32,000 nt of DNA from an uncultured Planctomycetia bacterium. Lineage in GTDB: Bacteria > Omnitrophota > Gorgyraeia > Duberdicusellales > 4484-171. Positions 18,604-29,325 of the stretch are shown here, piece by piece. Made by a program: the position numbers and the translations under genes. The notes under the pieces are model-generated. The model ran no database searches, was not told where the DNA came from, and worked only from the letters and a program-made list of their open reading frames with translations. The stretch's first letter is position 1, and each line of letters starts with the position of its first letter. The DNA lies in NCBI GenBank assembly GCA_964536865.1, contig CAZHYN010000001.1, forward strand, positions 1-32,000. The letters run 5' to 3'.

Positions 18604-18609
18604 CTCTTT

Positions 18610-21238
<2,629 letters not shown>

Positions 21239-21239
21239 A

Positions 21240-22337
21240 CTATAGTCTCATAGGTAAGACTAAATATATATAATCTTCTAATCTTAAGACCGCTGGTTTA
21301 TCTGGACCATAGATTTCAAAACTAATTTCTTCTTCTTCTAAGTTAGTGAGAACGTCTATTAAATAAGAAGGATTAAATCCTATCTGTAAGGAGGTTCCTT
21401 TAAAGTTAGCAGGTATTGATTCTTTAACTTCTCCTAATTGAGGAGTAGTTTTAAAAAGAAAGACCTCCTCTTTTTTTAACTCTAATTTTACTCCGGGATA
21501 ATCACTGGTGGATAAAAGCTCTGCTCTTTTTAAAGCCGATAAAAAATCTCTTCTTTTAATAGTGAGTTTAACTTCTGTGGGTTGAGGAATATATTGAGAG
21601 TAATTAGGAAATTCACCTTCTATAGGTCTGGTAATAAAAAGTGTATGTTTTAAATCAAACCCTATATTATTTTTCTCTATAAAAATAAATAATTCCTCCG
21701 AATCTCTTATTATCTTAACTAATTCTTGAATGGATCTTATAGGAAGAATAAAATTAAGCTTTGTTGTTAAGTTAGATTGAGGAGAAGGTAGTTTTCTTTT
21801 AATAAAAGATAATCTCTTCCCATCTGTAGCAACTAATTTTAATTGGTCTTCATAAATTTCAAAAAATATCCCATTTAATACATAGTTAACATCCTCCATT
21901 CCTACACAAAATGAAGTTAATTTAATCATTTCTATTAAATCTTGAGAGATAATTTTTATTAAAGTTTTCTCTTTAACTTCCTCTATTCGAGGAAATTCTT
22001 GAGGATCCATTCCATTTATTTTAAACTCAATTTTTCCACATCTTATTAAAAGATTGTTCTTATAAGACTCCAAGATAATTTTCTCTTTAGGTAGTTCTCT
22101 TATTATAGAGAGAAATTTTTTAGTAGGTATTGCAACTTTTCCTTCTCTTTCGATTTCTTTTGTTGGAGTATAAGTAGTTATAGTGATGTTTAAATCTGTA
22201 GTAGTAAGTTTTATCTTATCTTTAAAAGCCTCTATTAGTATACAATTTAAAATAGGGAAGTTTTGTTTAGTAATAGAAAGAGTTGCTACTTTTTGAAGAG
22301 TTGATAATAAAATATTTTGTTCTATAACAAATCTCAC
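21240..22337 (-). CDS. dnaN: DNA polymerase III beta sliding clamp
   Basis: 365 aa with a GTG start (cac at 22335-22337). It shows the three-domain clamp pattern: 'ILNCILIEA', 'LVATDGKRLS', 'IGFNPSYLIDVL', 'KPAVL'. Confidence 0.95.
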   Translation of the reverse strand: MRFVIEQNILLSTLQKVATLSITKQNFPILNCILIEAFKDKIKLTTTDLNITITTYTPTKEIEREGKVAIPTKKFLSIIRELPKEKIILESYKNNLLIRCGKIEFKINGMDPQEFPRIEEVKEKTLIKIISQDLIEMIKLTSFCVGMEDVNYVLNGIFFEIYEDQLKLVATDGKRLSFIKRKLPSPQSNLTTKLNFILPIRSIQELVKIIRDSEELFIFIEKNNIGFDLKHTLFITRPIEGEFPNYSQYIPQPTEVKLTIKRRDFLSALKRAELLSTSDYPGVKLELKKEEVFLFKTTPQLGEVKESIPANFKGTSLQIGFNPSYLIDVLTNLEEEEISFEIYGPDKPAVLRLEDYIYLVLPMRL

Positions 22338-22382
22338 TTTTAGTTATATCTAATTAATTTTAGAAATAGTAATAGTAAAGCC

Positions 22383-22448
22383 TGTGAATAAATTCAATTA
22401 ATTGTATTTTACCAAAAAATAAAAAAAAATAAAATATCCTTATCCACA
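22383..22448. promoter_or_regulatory. DnaA boxes and an A/T tract in the dnaA-dnaN spacer (candidate oriC half containing the unwinding element)
   Basis: A perfect TTATCCACA lies at 22440-22448. TGTGAATAA (reverse complement TTATTCACA) lies at 22383-22391. The run 'accaaaaaataaaaaaaaataaaata' (22411-22436) sits between them. Confidence 0.55.
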
Positions 22449-22449
22449 T

Positions 22450-23778
22450 TCAACTTTTAATTAATTGTGTTAAAGTGTTGATAATATTTTTTACTTTTTC
22501 ATCTTTTTTTATTAAGTCTTTTATTTTTCGATAAGCATAAAGAATGGTGGTGTGGTGTTTTGCTCCCCAAAAACTACCAATTTCTGGAAGAGAAAGTTCA
22601 GTTAGTTCTCTTATAAGATACATACCAATTTGTCTAGGTAAGACAATATTTTTATTTCGTCTGCTTTTTTTAATCTCCTGGGGAGAAAGATTAAAGTAAT
22701 TAGCTACTTTTCCTAAAATAACTTCTGGGGTAATTCTTCGATAAATTTCTTTTACCATATCTCTTAAAATTTCCTTAGCTAAAACTAATGTAATAGGCTT
22801 ATTTTCTATTAAAGAGTAAGCAATAATCCTAATTAATGCTCCTTCCATTTCTCTGATATTAGTAGTAATATTCTCAGCAATAAAGTTAATTACTTCTTCT
22901 TCTATTTTAACTGGTTCCTTCTCTACTTTCTTCTTGAGAATAGCTATTCTTGTTTCTAAATCAGGGGGTTGAATATCTACAATTAATCCCCAACTAAATC
23001 GAGATACCAATCTATCTTCTAATTTAGGAATTTCCTTAGGGGGTTTATCTGAAGAGATAATTATCTGTTTATGATAGTCATATAGCTCATTAAAAGTATG
23101 AAAAAACTCCTCTTGGACCGCCTCTTTTCCTGAAAGAAAATGAATATCATCGATAAGAAGTACATCTATACCTCGGTATTTCTGGCGAAAACGAGGAGTA
23201 GTTCTATTTTGAATAGAAAGAATAAGTTCGTTAGTAAATCTTTCTGAAGAAATATATTTTACCTTGATTTGAGGTGTTTTTTCAAGAATGTAATGAGCAA
23301 TAGCTTGCATAAGGTGGGTTTTCCCCAACCCTACTCCTCCATAAATAAATAGGGGGTTGTAAGATTTCCCTGGGGCGTTAGCTACCGCTAAGCTAGCAGC
23401 GTAAGCCATACGATTACAAGCTCCTACTATGAAATTATTGAATGTAAATCGAGGATTAAGCCGAAGAGAATCTTGTGGTTCTTCTTTAAAACTATCGTGG
23501 ATACGGCGGAAGATTCTATTTGTTCTTTTCTTTAGAAGGTTGGGGTTAACTTCAAAGTTTATCTGAAAATCTTTATGGGCAATGTCTCTTAAACATTGTT
23601 TAATTTGTAAAAGGTAATTTGTTTCCACCCATTGTTTAAAGAAATTGTCGGGAACCTCTAGAATTATTCTATCTTCAGAGAGGGTTTTTAACTTTAGAGG
23701 AGCGATCCAGGTATCAAAGGAAATCTTTCCTAAAATTTTTTTAAGCGCCTCTAGGCATTTATCCCAAAGTTTTTCCAT
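22450..23778 (-). CDS. dnaA: Chromosomal replication initiator protein DnaA
   Basis: 442 aa. Walker A 'GGVGLGKTHLMQAI', 'LLIDDIHFL', and the C-terminal DNA-binding block 'LPRQIGMYLIRELT..SLPEIGSFWG.KHHTTILYA'. Confidence 0.97.
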   Translation of the reverse strand: MEKLWDKCLEALKKILGKISFDTWIAPLKLKTLSEDRIILEVPDNFFKQWVETNYLLQIKQCLRDIAHKDFQINFEVNPNLLKKRTNRIFRRIHDSFKEEPQDSLRLNPRFTFNNFIVGACNRMAYAASLAVANAPGKSYNPLFIYGGVGLGKTHLMQAIAHYILEKTPQIKVKYISSERFTNELILSIQNRTTPRFRQKYRGIDVLLIDDIHFLSGKEAVQEEFFHTFNELYDYHKQIIISSDKPPKEIPKLEDRLVSRFSWGLIVDIQPPDLETRIAILKKKVEKEPVKIEEEVINFIAENITTNIREMEGALIRIIAYSLIENKPITLVLAKEILRDMVKEIYRRITPEVILGKVANYFNLSPQEIKKSRRNKNIVLPRQIGMYLIRELTELSLPEIGSFWGAKHHTTILYAYRKIKDLIKKDEKVKNIINTLTQLIKS

Positions 23779-23785
23779 TACTTTT

Positions 23786-23814
23786 TAATTCACAAAATTC
23801 ACAGGTTATTCACA
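23786..23814. promoter_or_regulatory. Cluster of three DnaA-box-like 9-mers upstream of dnaA
   Basis: TAATTCACA at 23786-23794, AAATTCACA at 23795-23803 and TTATTCACA at 23806-23814 (one mismatch to TTATCCACA). They lie between the putative dnaA promoter and the dnaA ATG at 23778. Confidence 0.5.
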
Positions 23815-23842
23815 GAGTGATATGGTATAGAGAATTAAAATA

Positions 23843-23870
23843 ATTATACTCTCCTTTTTTCTCTTTGCAA
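23843..23870 (-). promoter_or_regulatory. Putative sigma70-type dnaA promoter
   Basis: The minus strand reads TTGCAA (23870-23865), a 16-nt spacer, then TATAAT (23848-23843). It is divergent from, and back-to-back with, the rpmH promoter. Confidence 0.45.
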
Positions 23871-23887
23871 TATTTATTTTTTTGTAT

Positions 23888-23916
23888 TTGACAGAACAAA
23901 AAAAATTATGTAAAAT
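23888..23916 (+). promoter_or_regulatory. Putative sigma70-type rpmH promoter
   Basis: TTGACA (23888-23893), a 17-nt spacer, then TAAAAT (23911-23916). The -10 element ends 9 nt before the rpmH ATG. Confidence 0.5.
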
Positions 23917-23925
23917 TAAGCCCCT

Positions 23926-24063
23926 ATGAAGAAGCGGTTAACTACCCCTACTAAACTGAAAGGAAAGCGAAAACACGGTTTTCGTAAAAGGATGGCCACT
24001 CATTCAGGGAGAGTGATTCTCCAAAGAAGAAGAAAGAAAGGGAGGAAAAAACTCACAGTATGA
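23926..24063 (+). CDS. rpmH: 50S ribosomal protein L34
   Basis: A hand-translated 45-aa ORF that is absent from the ORF track: [45 protein letters not shown]. It aligns full-length with the L34 consensus (..KRKRTHGFRARMAT..GR.VL.RRR.KGRK.LTV). Confidence 0.93.
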   Translation: MKKRLTTPTKLKGKRKHGFRKRMATHSGRVILQRRRKKGRKKLTV

Positions 24064-24266
24064 AGAATATTTTTTTAACAATAATTGACTTTTACGATTG
24101 CGCAAAATGGTTCTTTCCTACCTGTTGTAAATTTACTCCTTCTTGTTCTCAGTATGCCCGAGAGGCTTTTAGAAAATACCCTTTACCTAAGGCATTAAAA
24201 GCAGTCTTCCTAAGAATCCTTAAATGCCATCCTTTTTCTCCGGGAGGGGTTGATTACTTAGAATAA
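24060..24266 (+). CDS. yidD: Membrane protein insertion efficiency factor YidD
   Basis: 68 aa. '[15 protein letters not shown]...[13 protein letters not shown]' matches the YidD signature (CRF.PTCS.Y...RC.P....G.D). The ATG overlaps the rpmH stop (GTATGA). Confidence 0.88.
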   Translation: MKNIFLTIIDFYDCAKWFFPTCCKFTPSCSQYAREAFRKYPLPKALKAVFLRILKCHPFSPGGVDYLE

Positions 24267-25691
24267 ATGGAAAGACGTTTAATTGCTTTTATAGTAATTA
24301 CTCTCCTCTTCTTCATCTTTTATGCTCATCTTACTAGTAAATATCTTCCCAAGAGTCCTCCTCGCTCGGTAGAGGTCAAAAAGGAAGAGCCCTCAAAAGA
24401 AGAAACAGCTCTCTTAAAAGAGGAACAGTTAGAAGAGGTATCTACAGAAGAATTTATCATAACATTCTCATTAACAGGAGGTTATATAAAAAAAATCTTT
24501 GTTAAAAAGTATCAAGAGGAGCTCCTTTTCAAAGATATAGGATTGGTTTTTACCCATCGTACTCTTCCTTTTCAACTTACCCGGGAAAAAGAAAAGATAG
24601 TTCTTTTTAATCATGGAAAGAACATAAAAAAAGAATTTCTCTTTAAAGGGTATACGCTAACCTTAAGAGTAAAGGGAGAAGAAGAGGCAGAATTAGTTCT
24701 TTTTCATAACCCTTTGAATAATAATAGATTAGAGCAAAGATACCAAGAATTCTTCTATCAAAACACTTCTTCTACTCTTAAGCGTTTTCCTCAGAAGAGA
24801 GCTCCTTCTAAGGGATTTACTTCTTCTCTTTTTGGGGTAAGAGATAGGTATTTTTGTCTAGTCTATTTTTCAGAGAAAAATTCCCTAAAGCTCTCTCGAC
24901 TAAAAGATAACTCTCTCCTCTGCCAGGTGTCTATAAAGGATTCCTTCTCTATCCAAGCATTCTTAGGGCCTCAACTCTTGGGAGAATTAAGTAAATATCA
25001 TTTAGAAGAGATAGTGAATTACGGGTTCTTCCATCCTATAGGGAAAATCTTAGTAAAGCTTCTTTCCCTCTTCGCCTTATGGACGAAAAATTGGGGAGTA
25101 AGTATTATTCTTCTCTCTACCATAATCTACATAGCTCTATTTCCTTTTACTTTTCGCAGTACCCAAGCGATGCGGAAGATGCAAGCACTTCAACCTAAAA
25201 TAGAGGAACTCAAGAACAAGTATAGAGATAATCCCCAGAAGTTGAATAAGGAGATCTTAGAGCTTTATCGCACTCATCAAGTAAATCCGTTAGGAGGATG
25301 TTTGCCTATCTTTTTTCAATTACCAGTATTCATTGCTCTTTATCAAGTGCTCTTGCGAGTGGTAGAACTCAAAGGGGCAAAATTCTTGTGGATAAAAGAT
25401 CTTTCTCTTCCTGATAGAGCGATTTCTCTTCCTTTCTCTCTCCCTTTCCTAGGGAAATATATAAACTTTCTTCCCATTCTTATCGTAGTTATAGGCCTTC
25501 TTCAACAGAAGATTGTGTCGCAAGATTCACTTCAAGCTCAACAACAAAAGTCTATGGGACTATTTTTTGCAGTATTTATTGGAGTAATCTTTTATAACTT
25601 CCCTTCAGCATTAGTGTTGTATTGGTTAATCCAGAATCTTCTTACTTTTCTCTATCAGTGGAGGATTTCCCCTAAACAAGCTTCTTCTTAG
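24267..25691 (+). CDS. yidC: Membrane protein insertase YidC
   Basis: 474 aa. It has an N-terminal transmembrane helix and periplasmic domain. The conserved core includes 'NWGVSIILLSTIIYIALFPFTFRSTQAMRKMQALQPKIEELKNKY' and 'NPLGGCLPIFFQLPVFIALY'. Confidence 0.95.
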   Translation: MERRLIAFIVITLLFFIFYAHLTSKYLPKSPPRSVEVKKEEPSKEETALLKEEQLEEVSTEEFIITFSLTGGYIKKIFVKKYQEELLFKDIGLVFTHRTLPFQLTREKEKIVLFNHGKNIKKEFLFKGYTLTLRVKGEEEAELVLFHNPLNNNRLEQRYQEFFYQNTSSTLKRFPQKRAPSKGFTSSLFGVRDRYFCLVYFSEKNSLKLSRLKDNSLLCQVSIKDSFSIQAFLGPQLLGELSKYHLEEIVNYGFFHPIGKILVKLLSLFALWTKNWGVSIILLSTIIYIALFPFTFRSTQAMRKMQALQPKIEELKNKYRDNPQKLNKEILELYRTHQVNPLGGCLPIFFQLPVFIALYQVLLRVVELKGAKFLWIKDLSLPDRAISLPFSLPFLGKYINFLPILIVVIGLLQQKIVSQDSLQAQQQKSMGLFFAVFIGVIFYNFPSALVLYWLIQNLLTFLYQWRISPKQASS

Positions 25692-25701
25692 AGTCTTTTT
25701 C

Positions 25702-25730
25702 TTGACAATTTCTCCAATCTCTTATAAAAT
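25702..25730 (+). promoter_or_regulatory. Putative sigma70-type promoter upstream of parA
   Basis: TTGACA (25702-25707), a 17-nt spacer, then TAAAAT (25725-25730). The hexamers and spacing are the same as in the rpmH promoter. Confidence 0.45.
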
Positions 25731-25754
25731 TAAAAACCAGAAGATTACTTACAG

Positions 25755-25780
25755 AAAAAGTTTCCACGTGGAAACTTTTT
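25755..25780. promoter_or_regulatory. Perfect 26-bp palindrome with a CACGTG core: parS-like site or bidirectional hairpin
   Basis: AAAAAGTTTCCAC|GTGGAAACTTTTT lies 55 bp upstream of the parA ATG. The half-site GTTTCCAC compares with the canonical parS half-site TGTTTCAC. Confidence 0.45.
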
Positions 25781-25835
25781 CGTCAGAGGCGAATCTCTGA
25801 TAAGGAACTATAAGATTTATAAACACTTTTCTTCA

Positions 25836-26639
25836 ATGAGCAAGATAATAGGTATCTGTAATCAGAAGGGAGGAACAGGGAAAACTACTACTGCGGTAAA
25901 TTTAACTACCTTTCTAGCTTTAGTAGGAGAAAGGACTCTTCTCGTAGATGTGGATCCTCAAGGGAACGCTACTAGTGGTCTAGGAAGAGAAGTCTCCTCA
26001 GAAACTCCCTCCATCTATCAAGGACTGATAGGAGAAAAGTCTGGGCAAGAACTCATTGTCCCCACCTCTTGGGAGAATCTCTTTCTTATTCCTTCTTCTC
26101 TTTCTCTTACAGGAGCAGAGATAGAGCTTGTCTCTTTGGAGGAGAGAGAGAGTAGATTAAGACAGCTGTTAGAGATAATGCGGGATAATTTTGATTATAT
26201 TATTCTCGACGCTCCCCCTTCTTTAGGTCTTCTTACTATAAATGTGTTGGTAGCAGCAGATACCCTTATTATTCCTATTCAGTGTGAATATTATGCTTTA
26301 GAGGGAGTTTCCAAACTTTTAAGCACTATTGAGTTGGTAAAAGAGAGACTAAATCCTCATTTGGAGATCGAAGGAATCCTTCTTACTATGGCAGATTTCA
26401 GGACTCGTCTTACCCTTCAAGTGATAGAAGAAGTAAAAAGATTTTTTAAGGAAAGAGTGTTCACCACTATTATTCCTCGCAATGTAAAATTAGCAGAAGC
26501 TCCTAGTTTTGGTAAACCTATTCTTTTCTATGATCCCTCCTGCGTAGGAACAAAAGCTTATCTTAATTTAACCCAAGAGATTTTAAAGAAAAAGATAAAT
26601 CTCGATCTCTATGGTTCTCTATTAAAGGAAGGAGGCTGA
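25836..26639 (+). CDS. parA: Chromosome partitioning ATPase ParA/Soj
   Basis: 267 aa. It has the deviant Walker A 'NQKGGTGKTTTAVNL', 'LLVDVDPQGNATSGLG' and 'YIILDAPPSLG'. Confidence 0.93.
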   Translation: MSKIIGICNQKGGTGKTTTAVNLTTFLALVGERTLLVDVDPQGNATSGLGREVSSETPSIYQGLIGEKSGQELIVPTSWENLFLIPSSLSLTGAEIELVSLEERESRLRQLLEIMRDNFDYIILDAPPSLGLLTINVLVAADTLIIPIQCEYYALEGVSKLLSTIELVKERLNPHLEIEGILLTMADFRTRLTLQVIEEVKRFFKERVFTTIIPRNVKLAEAPSFGKPILFYDPSCVGTKAYLNLTQEILKKKINLDLYGSLLKEGG

Positions 26640-26643
26640 TTTT

Positions 26644-27474
26644 ATGGAAAGGAAAGTATTAGGGAAAGGATTAGAGGCATTGATTCCTAAAAGAAAAGAA
26701 GAAAAGGAAAAAACGCTTCTTTATCTCTCTGTAGAGAAAATAGAACCTTCTCCTTTTCAACCTCGTCAAGAGATGGATGCCCAAGAATTAGAGGAGCTGA
26801 AAGCTTCTATCAGAGAGAAAGGGGTAATTCAACCTATTATAGTAAGAAAGGTGAGAGAAAGATTTGAAGTCGTTGCAGGAAGTCGCAGAGTTCAAGCTGC
26901 TAAGTCTTTGGGAATCAAAGAATTACCAGCAGTAGTTCGAGAGATAAGTGATAAAGAGTCTTTGGTTTTAGCTTTGATAGAAAATTTACAAAGAAAGAAT
27001 CTCAATCCTATTGAGGAAGCATTAGCTTTTAAGAGATTAAACGAGGAATTTGCCCTCACCTATGAAGAGATAGCTAGACTCATAGGGAAAGATAAAGCCT
27101 CTATTTCTAACACTATCCGCCTTCTTAAACTCCCCCAGGAGATTCAGGAAGCCCTTAAGAAGAGTATAATTACCTTTACTCAAGCAAGGGCCCTTTTAGG
27201 ATTGGAGAGAGAAGAGGAGCAGAAGGCCCTTTTTTACAGAATCATTAAAGAGAGACTTTCAGTAAGGGAGATAGAAGAAAGGGTAAGGAGACACTTCCCT
27301 AAGAAACCGAAGAAGAAAGTTGAAGATCCTTTTGTGGAGGAAGTAGAGGAGAGATTGAGGAAGAGTTTAGGGACAAAAGTAAAAGTGTTGCATAAAAGAA
27401 ACAATCAAGGTAAAATTATCATCCAGTATTACAACTTAACGGATTTACAGAGAATAGTAGAGAAGTTATCATGA
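26644..27474 (+). CDS. parB: Chromosome partitioning protein ParB/Spo0J
   Basis: 276 aa. 'GKGLEALI', 'IEPSPFQPRQ', 'GVIQPIIVRK..ERFEVVAGSRRVQAAK' and an HTH region 'TYEEIARLIGKDKASISNTIRLLKLP'. The arginine patch reads GSRRVQ rather than GERRxR. Confidence 0.92.
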   Translation: MERKVLGKGLEALIPKRKEEKEKTLLYLSVEKIEPSPFQPRQEMDAQELEELKASIREKGVIQPIIVRKVRERFEVVAGSRRVQAAKSLGIKELPAVVREISDKESLVLALIENLQRKNLNPIEEALAFKRLNEEFALTYEEIARLIGKDKASISNTIRLLKLPQEIQEALKKSIITFTQARALLGLEREEEQKALFYRIIKERLSVREIEERVRRHFPKKPKKKVEDPFVEEVEERLRKSLGTKVKVLHKRNNQGKIIIQYYNLTDLQRIVEKLS

Positions 27475-27977
27475 AAGAACAGGCTACTTTGGTGATCATT
27501 AAGCCCGATGGTTTAAAAAAATCTCTTACAGGGAATATTCTTACTCGCCTTTCTGAGACAAAGTTGAAGATAATTGGAGCAAAGATGGTCAAAGTTTCTG
27601 AGGAGTTAGCCGCCAAACATTATACCCATCTCAGAGAAAAACCTTTCTACCCGGAACTTATTAAATACATTACTGGACAACTCCATAGAGATAATCGAGT
27701 GATGGCTCTGGTTTACTGGGGTAAAGATGCTATTGCAAAGGTAAGAAAAATAGCTGGAGCGACCAATCCTGAAGAAGCAGAGCCTACCTCTATTAGAGGA
27801 GCTTATGGGAGAATTTTAACTAGTGGGCTTTATGAAAACGTAGTCCACGCTTCTAGTAATGAGGAAGAAGCAGAGCGAGAGATAAAGCTTTGGTTTGAAC
27901 CCGATGAGATTGTTTATCCTTTATACCCCACTAGAGAAGTTACTCTGGGCAAAGTGAAAAAGAAGGTGTGGGAATGA
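27471..27977 (+). CDS. ndk: Nucleoside diphosphate kinase
   Basis: 168 aa. 'TLVIIKPDG', 'TNPEEAEPTSIRG' and the active-site block 'NVVHASS'. The ATG overlaps the parB stop. Confidence 0.9.
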   Translation: MKEQATLVIIKPDGLKKSLTGNILTRLSETKLKIIGAKMVKVSEELAAKHYTHLREKPFYPELIKYITGQLHRDNRVMALVYWGKDAIAKVRKIAGATNPEEAEPTSIRGAYGRILTSGLYENVVHASSNEEEAEREIKLWFEPDEIVYPLYPTREVTLGKVKKKVWE

Positions 27978-28753
27978 GAGCAATGACGGGTTACGCTCAA
28001 GTAAGGAAGAAAAAGAAAGAAGAGGAAGTAGATGTTATTATTAAGTCCTTGAATGCTAAGTACTTAGATATAGAATTTTTCCATCTTCCTCCTCAGAAGA
28101 TAGGTCTAGAGGCAAAATTAAGAAAATTGATTGAAAAGAAAGTTTTTAGAGGGAGAGTGAAGATATACTTCTTTTTTAAATTTTTCCCTAGAGAAAAAGC
28201 AGTTTTTAATTTACCCCTTTTTTATGATTATTACCGTCAGTTAAATAGAATAGCAGCTCTTCTCAAGATAGATAATAAGTTGAGTATAAAAGATCTTTTA
28301 TCTCTTCCGGAACTGGTAAAGGTGGAACCTTTTTCTAAGGGAACAGATAATTTAATTATAGAAGGGGTTAGAGAGGGATTAACTCGGTTGATAGAGTTTC
28401 GGGAGAAAGAGGGCAAAAGTATAAAAAGAGAAATTTTAACTCACTTAAAACATTTAAAAGAAATTATAGGAAAAGTGAGGAAGGTAAAACCTAAAGTTAA
28501 AGAGGAATTAGGTAAGGAAGATATTGAGGAAGAGATAGCTCTCATTGTTTTCTATTTAAGAAGAATGAGAGAATTGGTAAATAAAAAAAATAATTTTCCT
28601 AAAGGGAAAAAAATAGATTTTCTTGCTCAAGAGATTTTGAGAGAACTGAATACTTGTATGAGTAAGACAAAAAAGGTGAAAGTAGCATCGTTAATCGTAA
28701 AAGGAAAAACTTATGCTGAACGGATAAGGGAGCAGGCTCAGAATATAGAATGA
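27974..28753 (+). CDS. yicC: YicC-family protein (stress-induced / endoribonuclease family)
   Basis: I place the start at ATG 27974, which overlaps the ndk TGA as ATGA. The product begins 'MRAMTGYA', the typical YicC N-terminus. The C-terminal 'DFLAQEILRELNTCMSK' matches the YicC C-domain. The yicC-gmk-rpoZ order is conserved. Confidence 0.8.
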   Translation: MRAMTGYAQVRKKKKEEEVDVIIKSLNAKYLDIEFFHLPPQKIGLEAKLRKLIEKKVFRGRVKIYFFFKFFPREKAVFNLPLFYDYYRQLNRIAALLKIDNKLSIKDLLSLPELVKVEPFSKGTDNLIIEGVREGLTRLIEFREKEGKSIKREILTHLKHLKEIIGKVRKVKPKVKEELGKEDIEEEIALIVFYLRRMRELVNKKNNFPKGKKIDFLAQEILRELNTCMSKTKKVKVASLIVKGKTYAERIREQAQNIE

Positions 28754-29325
28754 GAAAACCAAAAGTATTTATCATCTCCGGACCCTCAGGTGCAGGTAAG
28801 ACTACACTTATTAATCGATTATTCCAGAAAAAATTCGTGAGAGATAATTTTTTAAAAAGTATATCCTTTACTACTCGAAAAAAACGAAGAGGAGAGAAAG
28901 AAGGAAAAGATTATTTTTTTGTAGATGATAGAAAATTTAGAGATTTAAAAAAGAAAGAGTTTTTTCTAGAGACGCAAAAAGTCTTAGACGATTTTTATGG
29001 CACACCAAAATTTTTCTTAGAGGAGGCAGAAAGAAAAGGTAAAGATTTAATTCTTTGTATTGACGTTAAAGGAGGAAAGTATTTGAAAAATAAACTGAAG
29101 AAAGATAAAATAGTTACTATTTTTATAACTGCTCCTCATCAGAAGGAACTTTTTTATCGATTAAAAAGAAGGAAGGAAGATTCCCAAAATATAAAAAAGA
29201 GAATAACACTAGCAAAAAAAGAGTTGCAATTTTTAAAATTCTATGATTATTTAATAGTTAATCAGAATATTGGGGAAAGTATAAAAGAATTAGAAAAGAT
29301 ATTACGAAGTAAGATTAATCGATGA
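28750..29325 (+). CDS. gmk: Guanylate kinase
   Basis: 191 aa. P-loop 'IISGPSGAGKTTL', 'TTRKKRRGEKEGKDYFFV' and 'FLETQKVLDDFYGTP'. Confidence 0.92.
   Translation: MRKPKVFIISGPSGAGKTTLINRLFQKKFVRDNFLKSISFTTRKKRRGEKEGKDYFFVDDRKFRDLKKKEFFLETQKVLDDFYGTPKFFLEEAERKGKDLILCIDVKGGKYLKNKLKKDKIVTIFITAPHQKELFYRLKRRKEDSQNIKKRITLAKKELQFLKFYDYLIVNQNIGESIKELEKILRSKINR

Noticed and set aside
27419-27616. Minus-strand 65-aa ORF across the parB/ndk junction
   Set aside because: It is antisense to two conserved, translationally coupled genes and has no motif support.
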